A stretch of DNA of 64,000 bases from Patescibacteria group bacterium. Its GTDB lineage: Bacteria > Patescibacteriota > WWE3 > JAMCXX01. Positions 54,720 to 63,184 of the stretch are shown here, in pieces (positions within the stretch are counted from its first letter, which is position 1; every line of letters begins with the position of its first letter). The translations under genes were made by a program, and so were the position numbers. A model generated the notes under the pieces. That model was not told where the DNA came from. It saw only the letters and a list, made by a program, of their open reading frames with translations, and ran no database searches. The DNA lies in NCBI GenBank assembly GCA_023474425.1, contig JAMCXX010000002.1:196217-260216 (forward strand), read 5' to 3'.

Positions 54720-54762
54720 TCGGCCGTTTGACAGGATTTGGGCTGGCGTCTAAATTCAGGGT

Positions 54763-54939
54763 ATGGTACCACCCAACTTTCCCGAACTACCTTATTCCTT
54801 AGACGGCGAAAGACGGCCGGAGGGCGAGTCTGCGGGAGATATTTGCCCCAACTGCGGTCAAACTTCCGTAATTCTTGGTGACGACGAAAAATTCTTTTGC
54901 CAAAACTGCGGCTATAAAGAATCGGAAACTCATGGTTAA
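54763..54939 (+). CDS. small zinc-ribbon protein (58 aa; below the ORF-track length cutoff)
   Basis: The ORF encodes MVPPNFPELPYSLDGERRPEGESAGDICPNCGQTSVILGDDEKFFCQNCGYKESETHG, with two CxxC pairs. Its stop overlaps the next gene's start (ATGGTTAA). Confidence 0.55.
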   Translation: MVPPNFPELPYSLDGERRPEGESAGDICPNCGQTSVILGDDEKFFCQNCGYKESETHG

Positions 54940-55246
54940 CGAAGAGCAAGTCTGGGATGTGTTAAAAAAAGTATTTGACCCCGAGCTTAATTTTAGTGTG
55001 GTTGATTTGGGATTGATTTATAAAGTAGGGGTCGGTCGACGGGTCAATAATGTTCAGGATGTCCGTATCGAAATGACCATGACGACTCCTTTCTGCCCTT
55101 ACGGACCGGCTCTTTTGGACGAGATGAAACAACAGCTTAGAAAAATCGAAGGATTGGGCGAGATTAACATTGAGGTTGTCTGGGAGCCGCCCTGGGACGT
55201 CAATAAAATTAAACCGGAAATCCGAGAACAACTGGGGATTGTTTAG
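54932..55246 (+). CDS. DUF59/MIP18-family Fe-S assembly protein (SufT/PaaD-like)
   Basis: 104 aa from ATG 54932. VWDVLKKVFDPELNFSVVDLGLIYKV...IEMTMTTPFCPYGP is the typical DUF59 pattern. Confidence 0.75.
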   Translation: MVNEEQVWDVLKKVFDPELNFSVVDLGLIYKVGVGRRVNNVQDVRIEMTMTTPFCPYGPALLDEMKQQLRKIEGLGEINIEVVWEPPWDVNKIKPEIREQLGIV

Positions 55247-55273
55247 TTCTTTTAGACCTCTCATAATAGATTA

Positions 55274-56425
55274 ATGGTTGAACAGGGTTTGGATTTAAAC
55301 TCCCTGCACAATGTACCGCAAAGTTTTATTTCAGTGCCAAAAAAGCGCCCGCGCTGGCCGTTCTTTCTGTTTCTCCTCATTCTTTTGGCCGCGGCCGGGT
55401 TTGAGATTTATTGGTATTACGCCCCGTCTAATCAATCGGCTGGAGTTTCCCAGTCTCCGCCGGCGCCGGCGGCTACGCCTTCGGCTTATGTACCACCCAC
55501 GACTGTTTCACCAACGGATGATACGGCCGGCTGGAGTCTTTATGAAAACAGCGCCGCCGGCTTTTCCCTAAAGTATCCGCCGGGAGTAACTCTTGGAGGT
55601 GGTGAGCCGAATCCCTTTCCCGTGGCCATAACTTTCTCCCACGACGACCCGGTGGTTCAAATCGGTTTGGGCCAAGACAAGCCCGGCTGGTCTTTGACCT
55701 TTAGCCAGCTTCTGCCAAACGATTCTAATCTTTCCCCGGCCGATTTCGCCGACCGGAATAATCTTTTAGCCGCCGGTTCTACTGCAGCTACTCTAGGGAA
55801 CCAGAGCGCTATCTATTGGAAGTCTCCTACTTATCCTGAAAGTTACTATCTCGTTTCACGAGGAAACAAACTGCAATTTATTAAGGAAAAAATTGTCAGC
55901 CGGTATCAGGACATTCACCAGGGAACCATTAACTTAATTTTGGGCACGCTTAAATTTGGTTCCTTGGCCGATGCCAACTTAGGCTTAACTTGGACACGCC
56001 AAAAGTTCCGCCAGTTCTGGAATTTAGAGATCCCCGAAAATTGGAAGGTTGATACAACAAATTTAAATCTGGGCAGCGTTAGTGCCGAAGGTCCGTACGC
56101 AGGACTTAATTTTAAGGCTGTCTTTTCTTATCCCCTAAATTCCGATCAGCTGCCTCCGTCGCTTGATTATTGGGTGGCCGGGGATATTGGCGGGCTGGGG
56201 TCATCACAACGGTCAAATATTACCACTGCACCTTTAACCGTTTCCGGAACCGCTGCCAAAGAAGTTTTTAATTTTCCCCTCTCCCAGGGGGTTTTTGACC
56301 GGCTTTACATTTGGAGCCGTAACGGTTTGAATCCAAGCTTAGCTGAACTTCAGCAGGTGTCCGGCGAGTCCGATCCCAGCACTCTTCGGACCCTTTTTGT
56401 TAGACTGGTTGCCGGAATCCGCTAA
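55274..56425 (+). CDS. hypothetical membrane-anchored exported protein
   Basis: 383 aa with a TM helix WPFFLFLLILLAAAGFEIYWYY and a Pro/Ala linker. No family recognised. Confidence 0.55.
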   Translation: MVEQGLDLNSLHNVPQSFISVPKKRPRWPFFLFLLILLAAAGFEIYWYYAPSNQSAGVSQSPPAPAATPSAYVPPTTVSPTDDTAGWSLYENSAAGFSLKYPPGVTLGGGEPNPFPVAITFSHDDPVVQIGLGQDKPGWSLTFSQLLPNDSNLSPADFADRNNLLAAGSTAATLGNQSAIYWKSPTYPESYYLVSRGNKLQFIKEKIVSRYQDIHQGTINLILGTLKFGSLADANLGLTWTRQKFRQFWNLEIPENWKVDTTNLNLGSVSAEGPYAGLNFKAVFSYPLNSDQLPPSLDYWVAGDIGGLGSSQRSNITTAPLTVSGTAAKEVFNFPLSQGVFDRLYIWSRNGLNPSLAELQQVSGESDPSTLRTLFVRLVAGIR

Positions 56426-56523
56426 GTTTTTTTATAGTTACTTGTTGCTCATGATGACCCCTCTTTTTAAGAGTTGTTTTGACTTACTTGAAGACTGACT
56501 AGACTACGTGTTAATTTTAATTT

Positions 56524-57051
56524 GTGAAGACTGTCCTCTTTGTTTCTTTCCTGATCTTTTCCGGTCTTTTGCTCGGCGCCGTGCAGGTTAACGCCGCTAT
56601 TCCCTTGGGCGAATCCGGCAGTCCTTCCGATTCCTGTACCACTCTTTGGTGGAGGGATTCAGCTCATCCGATCTGCACACAGAAAAAGTTTTGCGGGGCG
56701 TTTTTGAATGATGAATTCTATAAAAGCGTCGCGGTATTTAGCACCCAGAAAGAATGCCAAAACGCGCCTCTGCCTCTTGGGTCCACACATCAGGACACCA
56801 TCGTTGAGAAACCCCAAACCTGGTACCAAAAAATCATCCAGATAATCCGCTCTTTTCTGGCCCGATTTTTTCCCGTTTGGCAAGCCAACCGGCAAACACC
56901 CGCGCCAACGCCCGACCAGTCGGCCGAAGGAAAGTTTTGCGGCGGCATCGGGGCCAATCTTTCCCAAAATCAGTGTCCGTCCGGCTATCGCTGTCAGCTT
57001 GACGGCAGTCACCCAGACGCCGGCGGCCGTTGTGTCAAGTCCGGACAGTAA
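56524..57051 (+). CDS. hypothetical secreted Cys-containing protein
   Basis: 175 aa with the signal peptide MKTVLFVSFLIFSGLLLGAVQVNA and 8 Cys in the mature part. Confidence 0.55.
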   Translation: MKTVLFVSFLIFSGLLLGAVQVNAAIPLGESGSPSDSCTTLWWRDSAHPICTQKKFCGAFLNDEFYKSVAVFSTQKECQNAPLPLGSTHQDTIVEKPQTWYQKIIQIIRSFLARFFPVWQANRQTPAPTPDQSAEGKFCGGIGANLSQNQCPSGYRCQLDGSHPDAGGRCVKSGQ

Positions 57052-57057
57052 CTTTAA

Positions 57058-57837
57058 ATGATCAGGCTAATTAAATACACCGTTCTGATAGCCGGTTTAG
57101 CTTTTTTGGGATTCGTTGCCTTAATGAACCTCACTCCGGGCTATTTCCAACCCGGCAATTGTAGTTGCGGCGTAAAGTACTTAACCGATGAACAGGCCGG
57201 TAAAGAGAGGTTGGCTTCCGTCTGTGCGCTAACCGGAGTCTGTAACCAAACCTTTGGGGAGAAAATCCTTCTGCTTCTTGCTAAGCTGGATTTTAACAAA
57301 GGTCCATCGGTTACCTTGCCTCAGGCCAGTATTCCATCTTCCGTAACCACCACAACCCTTCCGATTGCAACGGACACAGTCGGTTGGAAGACATATACGA
57401 ACGGGGTTGATCGGTACCAGATAAACTTCCCCCCGACCTGGCACTGGACGGAACACCGGTCATCCCTAAACGAAGTGTTTATCGAAAGCTCTGAACCCGA
57501 TTCGCAAGTTCCTAATATCGGCCGGTATCAAGTTGACATTGACACCAGAAAGCTCTTTCCCGGGCAAACGATGGAAGACGCGGTTCGGGAGAATAATCAG
57601 ACGGGAGCTCAGGAGTTTAATCCCGGTGGGCCAAAGCCGCCTTTGAGCATCAACATAAGATCGACTCCCTTCGTCAGGAATTATTACTATGTGGTTTTGG
57701 CCAACAATCATCGGTCGGCGGCTATCCCCCTGGCCGCGAAAGATTCTCTCATTTTTATCCACGTCCTTAATTGGCCGCAAGATCAGGATTATTCTCTCTT
57801 TGACCAAATCCTCTCCACTTTTAAATTCACCAACTAA
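57058..57837 (+). CDS. hypothetical membrane-anchored exported protein
   Basis: 259 aa with the N-terminal TM helix YTVLIAGLAFLGFVALMNL. The motif GWKTYTN...YQINFPPTW is shared in style with the 55274 ORF (GWSLYEN...FSLKYPPG). Confidence 0.55.
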   Translation: MIRLIKYTVLIAGLAFLGFVALMNLTPGYFQPGNCSCGVKYLTDEQAGKERLASVCALTGVCNQTFGEKILLLLAKLDFNKGPSVTLPQASIPSSVTTTTLPIATDTVGWKTYTNGVDRYQINFPPTWHWTEHRSSLNEVFIESSEPDSQVPNIGRYQVDIDTRKLFPGQTMEDAVRENNQTGAQEFNPGGPKPPLSINIRSTPFVRNYYYVVLANNHRSAAIPLAAKDSLIFIHVLNWPQDQDYSLFDQILSTFKFTN

Positions 57838-57898
57838 TATACCTATGATCGCTAGTATAGGTCGTTAATAAAGGGTACAATAACAGCGACCGCTCATC

Positions 57899-59113
57899 AT
57901 GATTGTGAAAAAAGCCATGCTTGCCAACAGGCTGGGATCCGCGGCTTTGGCCGTTTTGATTGGACTTATTGCCGTCGCCATCCTAGCCGGCGGGTATTGG
58001 TGGTGGCTTAAAAACCAATCTTCAACCATCATCCCTGAGCCGGTTTATCATCCGGTTGCTACAACGACCGGCACGGAGGCGGACCCAAGCCTCTCCTATT
58101 TCAATAGCCTGCGGCTTGAACTGCTGGCGACGCCTTCGGCGAAGAAAATAAATGTCTATTTGAACACTACTGGCGGAGAACTGCTGGACAGCGCCAGCCC
58201 CCATCCTCTGGACAACCCTTTGGGGAAAATCGCGGGTTACCAAAGCCGCTTTGATTTGTTTCCCGGCGGCACTTTAATTAATGATCGTTTGTACGTGGGA
58301 TTTGCGGACCAAAAAAAGTTTTACATCGGCTACATTAGTCCGCAATCCGGCCGGGCGGCCGTAATACCGGACAACACCCTACACGGGCAGGATTGGTCAC
58401 GGGATACTTTAATCGTGGGTTCATTTTATCCCTCACCCCAATCTTCCCTCATCGCCACAACCGTCAGCGGCGATAGCGACTGTTCTTCATTAACAAACCC
58501 CAAGGGCCACACGGCCGTGGTGGTTTTTGCTCCGGAACTCAGTAGTATCAGCTCACCGTACTGGGAAGATCTCGCTCTCAAACCACCCCCGTTCACACAG
58601 GATAAACTTACTTTTGCACAGCTCTGCGCCGTTCCCAACATTCTAGCCTGGAGCAATTCCGGCAAAAGTTTGTATCTCACCTGGACTTTGGGAGGTTTAG
58701 GACCGCCGCCGAATGCCGGACTGGCCAAAATCGGCCTTGACGGCTCTTTTACCGACACCGGTTTGCCGACTAATCTTACACCGCTAATGGTTTCGCCCGA
58801 CGAACGCTACATTTTGGCCGCTCACAGCATTTTTGGTTTTTATGATCCAACCCTGTATGAAATCACCAGCAAGAAATTGATAACCATTCCCTATAACGAG
58901 CTCGTTGCCGACCTTCGGAAAAAATACGGCCCGGACCCCAGGGACCGTCCCGGCCCGAGCTCTGGTATAGAAGACTTTTCTTTTTCACCTGATTCCCAAT
59001 CGGTTTTCTATTCTGTCTGGATTAACACCGGACCGGCCGGCAGTGATAATACCCAAGCCGCCCGTTACAAAGTTGATGTTAAGAGTCCTACGGTAGCCAC
59101 GGAAGTGAAATAG
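57899..59113 (+). CDS. membrane-anchored beta-propeller-like (PD40/TolB-like) protein
   Basis: 404 aa with a TM helix AALAVLIGLIAVAILAGGYWWW. PD40-like strands are present (VSPDERYILAAHS, FSFSPDSQSVFYSV). Confidence 0.45.
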   Translation: MIVKKAMLANRLGSAALAVLIGLIAVAILAGGYWWWLKNQSSTIIPEPVYHPVATTTGTEADPSLSYFNSLRLELLATPSAKKINVYLNTTGGELLDSASPHPLDNPLGKIAGYQSRFDLFPGGTLINDRLYVGFADQKKFYIGYISPQSGRAAVIPDNTLHGQDWSRDTLIVGSFYPSPQSSLIATTVSGDSDCSSLTNPKGHTAVVVFAPELSSISSPYWEDLALKPPPFTQDKLTFAQLCAVPNILAWSNSGKSLYLTWTLGGLGPPPNAGLAKIGLDGSFTDTGLPTNLTPLMVSPDERYILAAHSIFGFYDPTLYEITSKKLITIPYNELVADLRKKYGPDPRDRPGPSSGIEDFSFSPDSQSVFYSVWINTGPAGSDNTQAARYKVDVKSPTVATEVK

Positions 59114-59211
59114 ATTCTGTTACGAACAGTAAGCGGAGAAATATCTTCATCAATTTTTATTTTAAAGTCCCGGGTTTGTGGGATTTTGAGGGCGGGTATA
59201 AAATGTGAACC

Positions 59212-59724
59212 ATGGGAAAAATTGCTGCGGTCCCCGTTGTCGAAACGCAAGCCCTCTTCATGAGCCCAAGCCTCGGTCTTTTGAATTTTGAGCAGGTTTT
59301 AAACAGGGTTAAAAATTATATAAAGGAAGAGGACAACTGCCGTTATCGGATTATTGTAGGTACCGATTCGGCGCCCCACAACGGCGAACATACCGAGTAC
59401 ATTACGGCTCTAGTTCTGCATCGCGTGGGTTTGGGAGGAATTTATTTTTGGCAAAAAACAATTAAAGAGCGGGCCCGGACTCTGCGTGAGCGGATTTACG
59501 AAGAAGCCCTTCTCTCTATCGACTTTGCCAAGATCCTTTTGGAAAGATTTTTGACGGCCGAGCTTTTGGACTTGGATTTGGAAATTCATGTGGATGTGGG
59601 CAAGGTGGGCGAGACGCGTGAAATTATTACCGAGGTTGTAGGCTTAGTGCGGGGTAACGGTTTTCATGTCAAGACCAAACCGGAATCTTTTGGCGCCAGT
59701 AAGGTCGCCGACCGACACACTTAA
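59212..59724 (+). CDS. YkuK/DUF458 RNase H-like family protein
   Basis: YRIIVGTDSAPHNGEHTEYITALVLHRVGLGGIYFW and a later EIHVDVG are present. The true start may be the internal Met (MSPSLGLL...). Confidence 0.6.
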   Translation: MGKIAAVPVVETQALFMSPSLGLLNFEQVLNRVKNYIKEEDNCRYRIIVGTDSAPHNGEHTEYITALVLHRVGLGGIYFWQKTIKERARTLRERIYEEALLSIDFAKILLERFLTAELLDLDLEIHVDVGKVGETREIITEVVGLVRGNGFHVKTKPESFGASKVADRHT

Positions 59725-59862
59725 GAAAAATTCAAAAATCAAGGGTCAAAATTGACAGATCCGGGAAAGAGGACTTTAGGCCTGTTTTTACCGTCATCGA
59801 AGCGACTATACGGGGATTGCAATTCCTGCCTATTGTTTATGCGGATTATTGCGCTTGTTAAC

Positions 59863-59891
59863 TTGCTAAAATCTATCCGCCATGCTATAAT
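59863..59891 (+). promoter_or_regulatory. sigma-70-type promoter abutting yidC start (leaderless-type spacing)
   Basis: TTGCTA at 59863-59868 is followed by a 17-nt spacer and TATAAT at 59886-59891. The yidC ATG at 59900 is only 8 nt downstream, with no SD. Confidence 0.5.
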
Positions 59892-59899
59892 TATAGGAT

Positions 59900-60670
59900 A
59901 TGGGTTTTATTGAATATTTTATTACCGTTTTTGTCTACCAGCCGTTTTTTAACCTGCTTGTTTATATTTACCTTTTTCTAGACAAGGTAACCTCCGGGCA
60001 GGCGGATATGGGTTTGGCCGTTATTATTTTTACGGTCATTTTTAGGATTATAATTCTGCCGCTTTCGCTTAAGGCCGACCGCTCGGAGAAAGAGAAGCGG
60101 GAAATTTCCCAAAAGGTAGAATCGATTGAGCACTACTACCGTGACAATCCGATTAAAAAAAGAGAGGAAGTTCGAAAGCTTCTGGCAGCCAACCCCAAAG
60201 TCATCGGCTGGGAGTTTTTTGACCTTTTTATTCAGGTTTTAATTGCCATTATGCTTTACCGTATTTTTACCACCGGACTCGAGGGCAGCGACCTGCATCT
60301 TTTATATTCTTTTATGCCCAAAATTCAGACGCCCTTCAACATGATGTTTTTGGGGCGATTTGATTTATCGAGGCCGAGTATTCTTATTAACATCGTGAAC
60401 ACGGCTGTTATTTTTACGGCCGAATTTTTAAGCATCCGCTTTTCGCCCTTTCCTATGACGCGGGAGGATAAAATGATGTTGGGAGTGCTGCCCGTGGGCG
60501 CCTTCACTTTTTTTGCCTTCATGCCGGCCGGAAAAAAACTCTTTGTAGTCACAACCCTCCTTTTTTCTATTTTTCTTATTTTGGCGCGCCAGCTTATTTA
60601 TGTGTATCATAATCTTAGGTCCGGAGGCAGAAGTTTGGAAGGTCTGAAGTACGAAGTCTCTCGCTTCTAG
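59900..60670 (+). CDS. yidC: YidC/Oxa1-family membrane protein insertase
   Basis: 256 aa with YQPFFNLLVYIY, GLAVIIFTVIFRIIILPLSLKADRS and five TM helices. Confidence 0.8.
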   Translation: MGFIEYFITVFVYQPFFNLLVYIYLFLDKVTSGQADMGLAVIIFTVIFRIIILPLSLKADRSEKEKREISQKVESIEHYYRDNPIKKREEVRKLLAANPKVIGWEFFDLFIQVLIAIMLYRIFTTGLEGSDLHLLYSFMPKIQTPFNMMFLGRFDLSRPSILINIVNTAVIFTAEFLSIRFSPFPMTREDKMMLGVLPVGAFTFFAFMPAGKKLFVVTTLLFSIFLILARQLIYVYHNLRSGGRSLEGLKYEVSRF

Positions 60671-60683
60671 CCTAGAAAAAATT

Positions 60684-61247
60684 ATGGCAGAAATTGACAG
60701 ACTCATTGTTGGTTTCATGGTCGACGAGGTGGTGGGCGGATTCTTTATTTCCGTGCCGCCGGGGCATGTGGCCTGCGTTTATGACCGCGGCTACGGCGTC
60801 TTGAAAAAAATCTGGGGTCCGGGGCTCCATCTAAAAATCCCCTTTTGGCAGGTGGCTAAGCTTTTTAATGCCCAAACTCTCGAATACGGCATTCGCAAAG
60901 GGTTTAACGTGCGGGCCGAACCGGAAGCCTTGGGCGACGAGCCGATTACGGCCGCTACCAAGGACGGCAAGCAGCTTTTGGTGGAGGGCGCCCTTTTGTT
61001 TCGGATTGACAAAGACCAGGTAACCGAGCTCTGGGAGAACATTGGCGAGAGTTTTGTTTCCAAAATCGTGCGGCCGGTTTCCCGTTCACGCGTGCGTTCG
61101 GTGATTGCCGAATTCAGCGCCGACGAAGTCGTTACCACCCGCCGCTCTTTGGTGGAAAGCCGGATTAAGGAGGAGCTTACCAAAGTCATGGCCGAAAAGG
61201 GTCTAATAGTTGAAGGCATGCTCCTTTCGGATGTGAGGCTCGCCTAA
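60684..61247 (+). CDS. SPFH/band-7 (prohibitin-like) domain protein
   Basis: 187 aa. VPPGHVACVYDRGYGVLKKIWGPGLHLKIPFWQ ... TKDGKQLLVEGALLFRI is typical of the SPFH N-terminal half. The protein is short for this family. Confidence 0.65.
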   Translation: MAEIDRLIVGFMVDEVVGGFFISVPPGHVACVYDRGYGVLKKIWGPGLHLKIPFWQVAKLFNAQTLEYGIRKGFNVRAEPEALGDEPITAATKDGKQLLVEGALLFRIDKDQVTELWENIGESFVSKIVRPVSRSRVRSVIAEFSADEVVTTRRSLVESRIKEELTKVMAEKGLIVEGMLLSDVRLA

Positions 61248-61353
61248 TGTCTAATTGCTAATTGACCTAATTTCTAAAGAAATCCCGATTTCTAAGTTAG
61301 CCGTTGGTGCTTGTTTAAAAAATTGGGCATTAGAAATTAGGTTAATTTGCTAT

Positions 61354-62400
61354 ATGGGTATGAGGAAGATAATAATTATTCTGACTTTATTAGTTGTCTC
61401 TGGTTTTGTTATTTACAGATTTTTTCTCTCCCAAAAAACTACTTACGAGACGGCTCGAGTGGAAAAAAAAGATTTAAACATTTACATAAACACCTCCGGC
61501 AAAATTAAAGCCGAAGAGGGACAGACCGTTTCTTTTCCAATTGAGGGAACGGTAAGCAAAATTGCCTCTACCGGCGCCCAAATTAAGAAAGGTGAAGTTC
61601 TGGCCGAACTTTCGGCTGGTGATTTGTGGGCCGGTTTACAGCAGGCTTACGCCGCCCTCAATAAAGCCCGTTCCACTTTTTATTATTATTTAGAGGTTAA
61701 AAGTCAGGCCGACGCCACCTATGGTTGGAAGTCTGACCAGGCCTCGATTGCCCAGGTTAACCAGGCCGCAAACAATGTTGCCGCGGCACAGGACAGTGTT
61801 CAGGCGGCGCAGTTTGCGCTTGATGGCGCCCGCGCCGCCTACAACAAAGCCGTAATTTTGGCTTCTTTTAACGGAGTTGTAGGCTCAACCGCCGTCAAAA
61901 GCGGGGAGACGGTGGCGCCGGGTCAGGTGGTGTTAAATTTTCTAAACCCCGACTCTTTTTATTTTGAAGCCGAAGTGGATGAGTCGGATGTGAAGTCTGT
62001 GAAGATTGACCAGACGGCCGAAGTCAACCTGGATTCTTTTCCCGGCGTAACCATTGAGGGTAAAGTTTATTCCCTGGACCTAACTTCGCATCTCACGAGC
62101 TCCGGCGGCACGGCTTATTTTGCCAAAATTTCTCTGGAAAACCTGCCTCAAGATTTGGTTCTGCGTTCGGGCCTAAACGGCGAAGCCCAGATTTTGGGTG
62201 AGGTTAAAAAGAACGCCCTAACTATCCAGGCCGCTTATGTGACTTTGGATGGCGGTCAGTATGAAGTTTTGGTCAGCGGTGGGGGCAGCGCGCCGCAGAA
62301 AAGAAAGGTTGAGGTGGGGGAGTTGGTGGGCAATGAATACGAAATCACTCAAGGATTAACCGAAGGCGAGACGGTGTTGAAGGTTAAAACAGGTCGCTAA
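61354..62400 (+). CDS. HlyD/MacA-type efflux periplasmic adaptor
   Basis: Start is ATG 61354 or 61360; the track start 61255 looks too early. It has a signal anchor MRKIIIILTLLVVSGFVIY, a lipoyl-like GKIKAEEGQTV and GEVLAEL, and a coiled-coil region. Confidence 0.7.
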   Translation: MGMRKIIIILTLLVVSGFVIYRFFLSQKTTYETARVEKKDLNIYINTSGKIKAEEGQTVSFPIEGTVSKIASTGAQIKKGEVLAELSAGDLWAGLQQAYAALNKARSTFYYYLEVKSQADATYGWKSDQASIAQVNQAANNVAAAQDSVQAAQFALDGARAAYNKAVILASFNGVVGSTAVKSGETVAPGQVVLNFLNPDSFYFEAEVDESDVKSVKIDQTAEVNLDSFPGVTIEGKVYSLDLTSHLTSSGGTAYFAKISLENLPQDLVLRSGLNGEAQILGEVKKNALTIQAAYVTLDGGQYEVLVSGGGSAPQKRKVEVGELVGNEYEITQGLTEGETVLKVKTGR

Positions 62401-62486
62401 TCATACCGAATAACCCATTCGTTAAGATTAGATAAGATTCGGATGAGCAATTCGATAACATTAATGACCCATGATTCGATTTACCT

Positions 62487-63158
62487 ATGGAATTGCCTCT
62501 TATCTCCACCCGCAATTTAGTAAAGACCTATGAGCTAGACGAGCTTAAACTGCCGGTTCTTAAGGGTGTTAATCTCGAGGTTAAGGAGGGCGAAATGGTT
62601 TCCATTATGGGGCCAAGCGGCTGCGGCAAGTCAACCCTAATGCATTTGTTGGGCCTTTTGGACACGCCTACTTCCGGCCAAATTCTTTTTGAAGGTCAGG
62701 ATGTGAGCCGTTATAGCGAGGCGGCCCGGGCCGATTTTCGCGGCGATAAGGTTGGTTTTGTTTTTCAGAGCTTTAATCTATTAAAAAAATTCAGCGCTTT
62801 GGAAAATGTGGTTTTGCCGCTTATCTATTCCCACCGGGGCAAAGGCAGCGAGAAAAGAGCCAAGGAACTTTTAAAGCAGGTGGGGTTAAAGGAGCGAATT
62901 AACCATTTAACCAGCAAACTCTCCGGCGGAGAACAGCAAAGAGTGGCCATTGCCCGCTCTCTTATTAACGACCCGCCGCTCATCTTGGCCGACGAGCCGA
63001 CCGGCAATTTGGACAGCTTGGCCGGCGCGGAAATTATGAATCTCCTTAAAGATTTAAATCGGGGCGGCAAGACCCTAGTCATTGTGACTCATGACTTTAA
63101 TATCGCCCAAAACTGTGAGCGGATTGTAAAAATGAAAGACGGCCAAATCGTAGATTAA
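62487..63158 (+). CDS. MacB/LolD-type ABC transporter ATP-binding protein
   Basis: Walker [10 protein letters not shown], signature [13 protein letters not shown] and Walker [12 protein letters not shown] are present. Confidence 0.9.
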   Translation: MELPLISTRNLVKTYELDELKLPVLKGVNLEVKEGEMVSIMGPSGCGKSTLMHLLGLLDTPTSGQILFEGQDVSRYSEAARADFRGDKVGFVFQSFNLLKKFSALENVVLPLIYSHRGKGSEKRAKELLKQVGLKERINHLTSKLSGGEQQRVAIARSLINDPPLILADEPTGNLDSLAGAEIMNLLKDLNRGGKTLVIVTHDFNIAQNCERIVKMKDGQIVD

Positions 63159-63184
63159 TTTTTAATAATTAATAATTTCAAATT

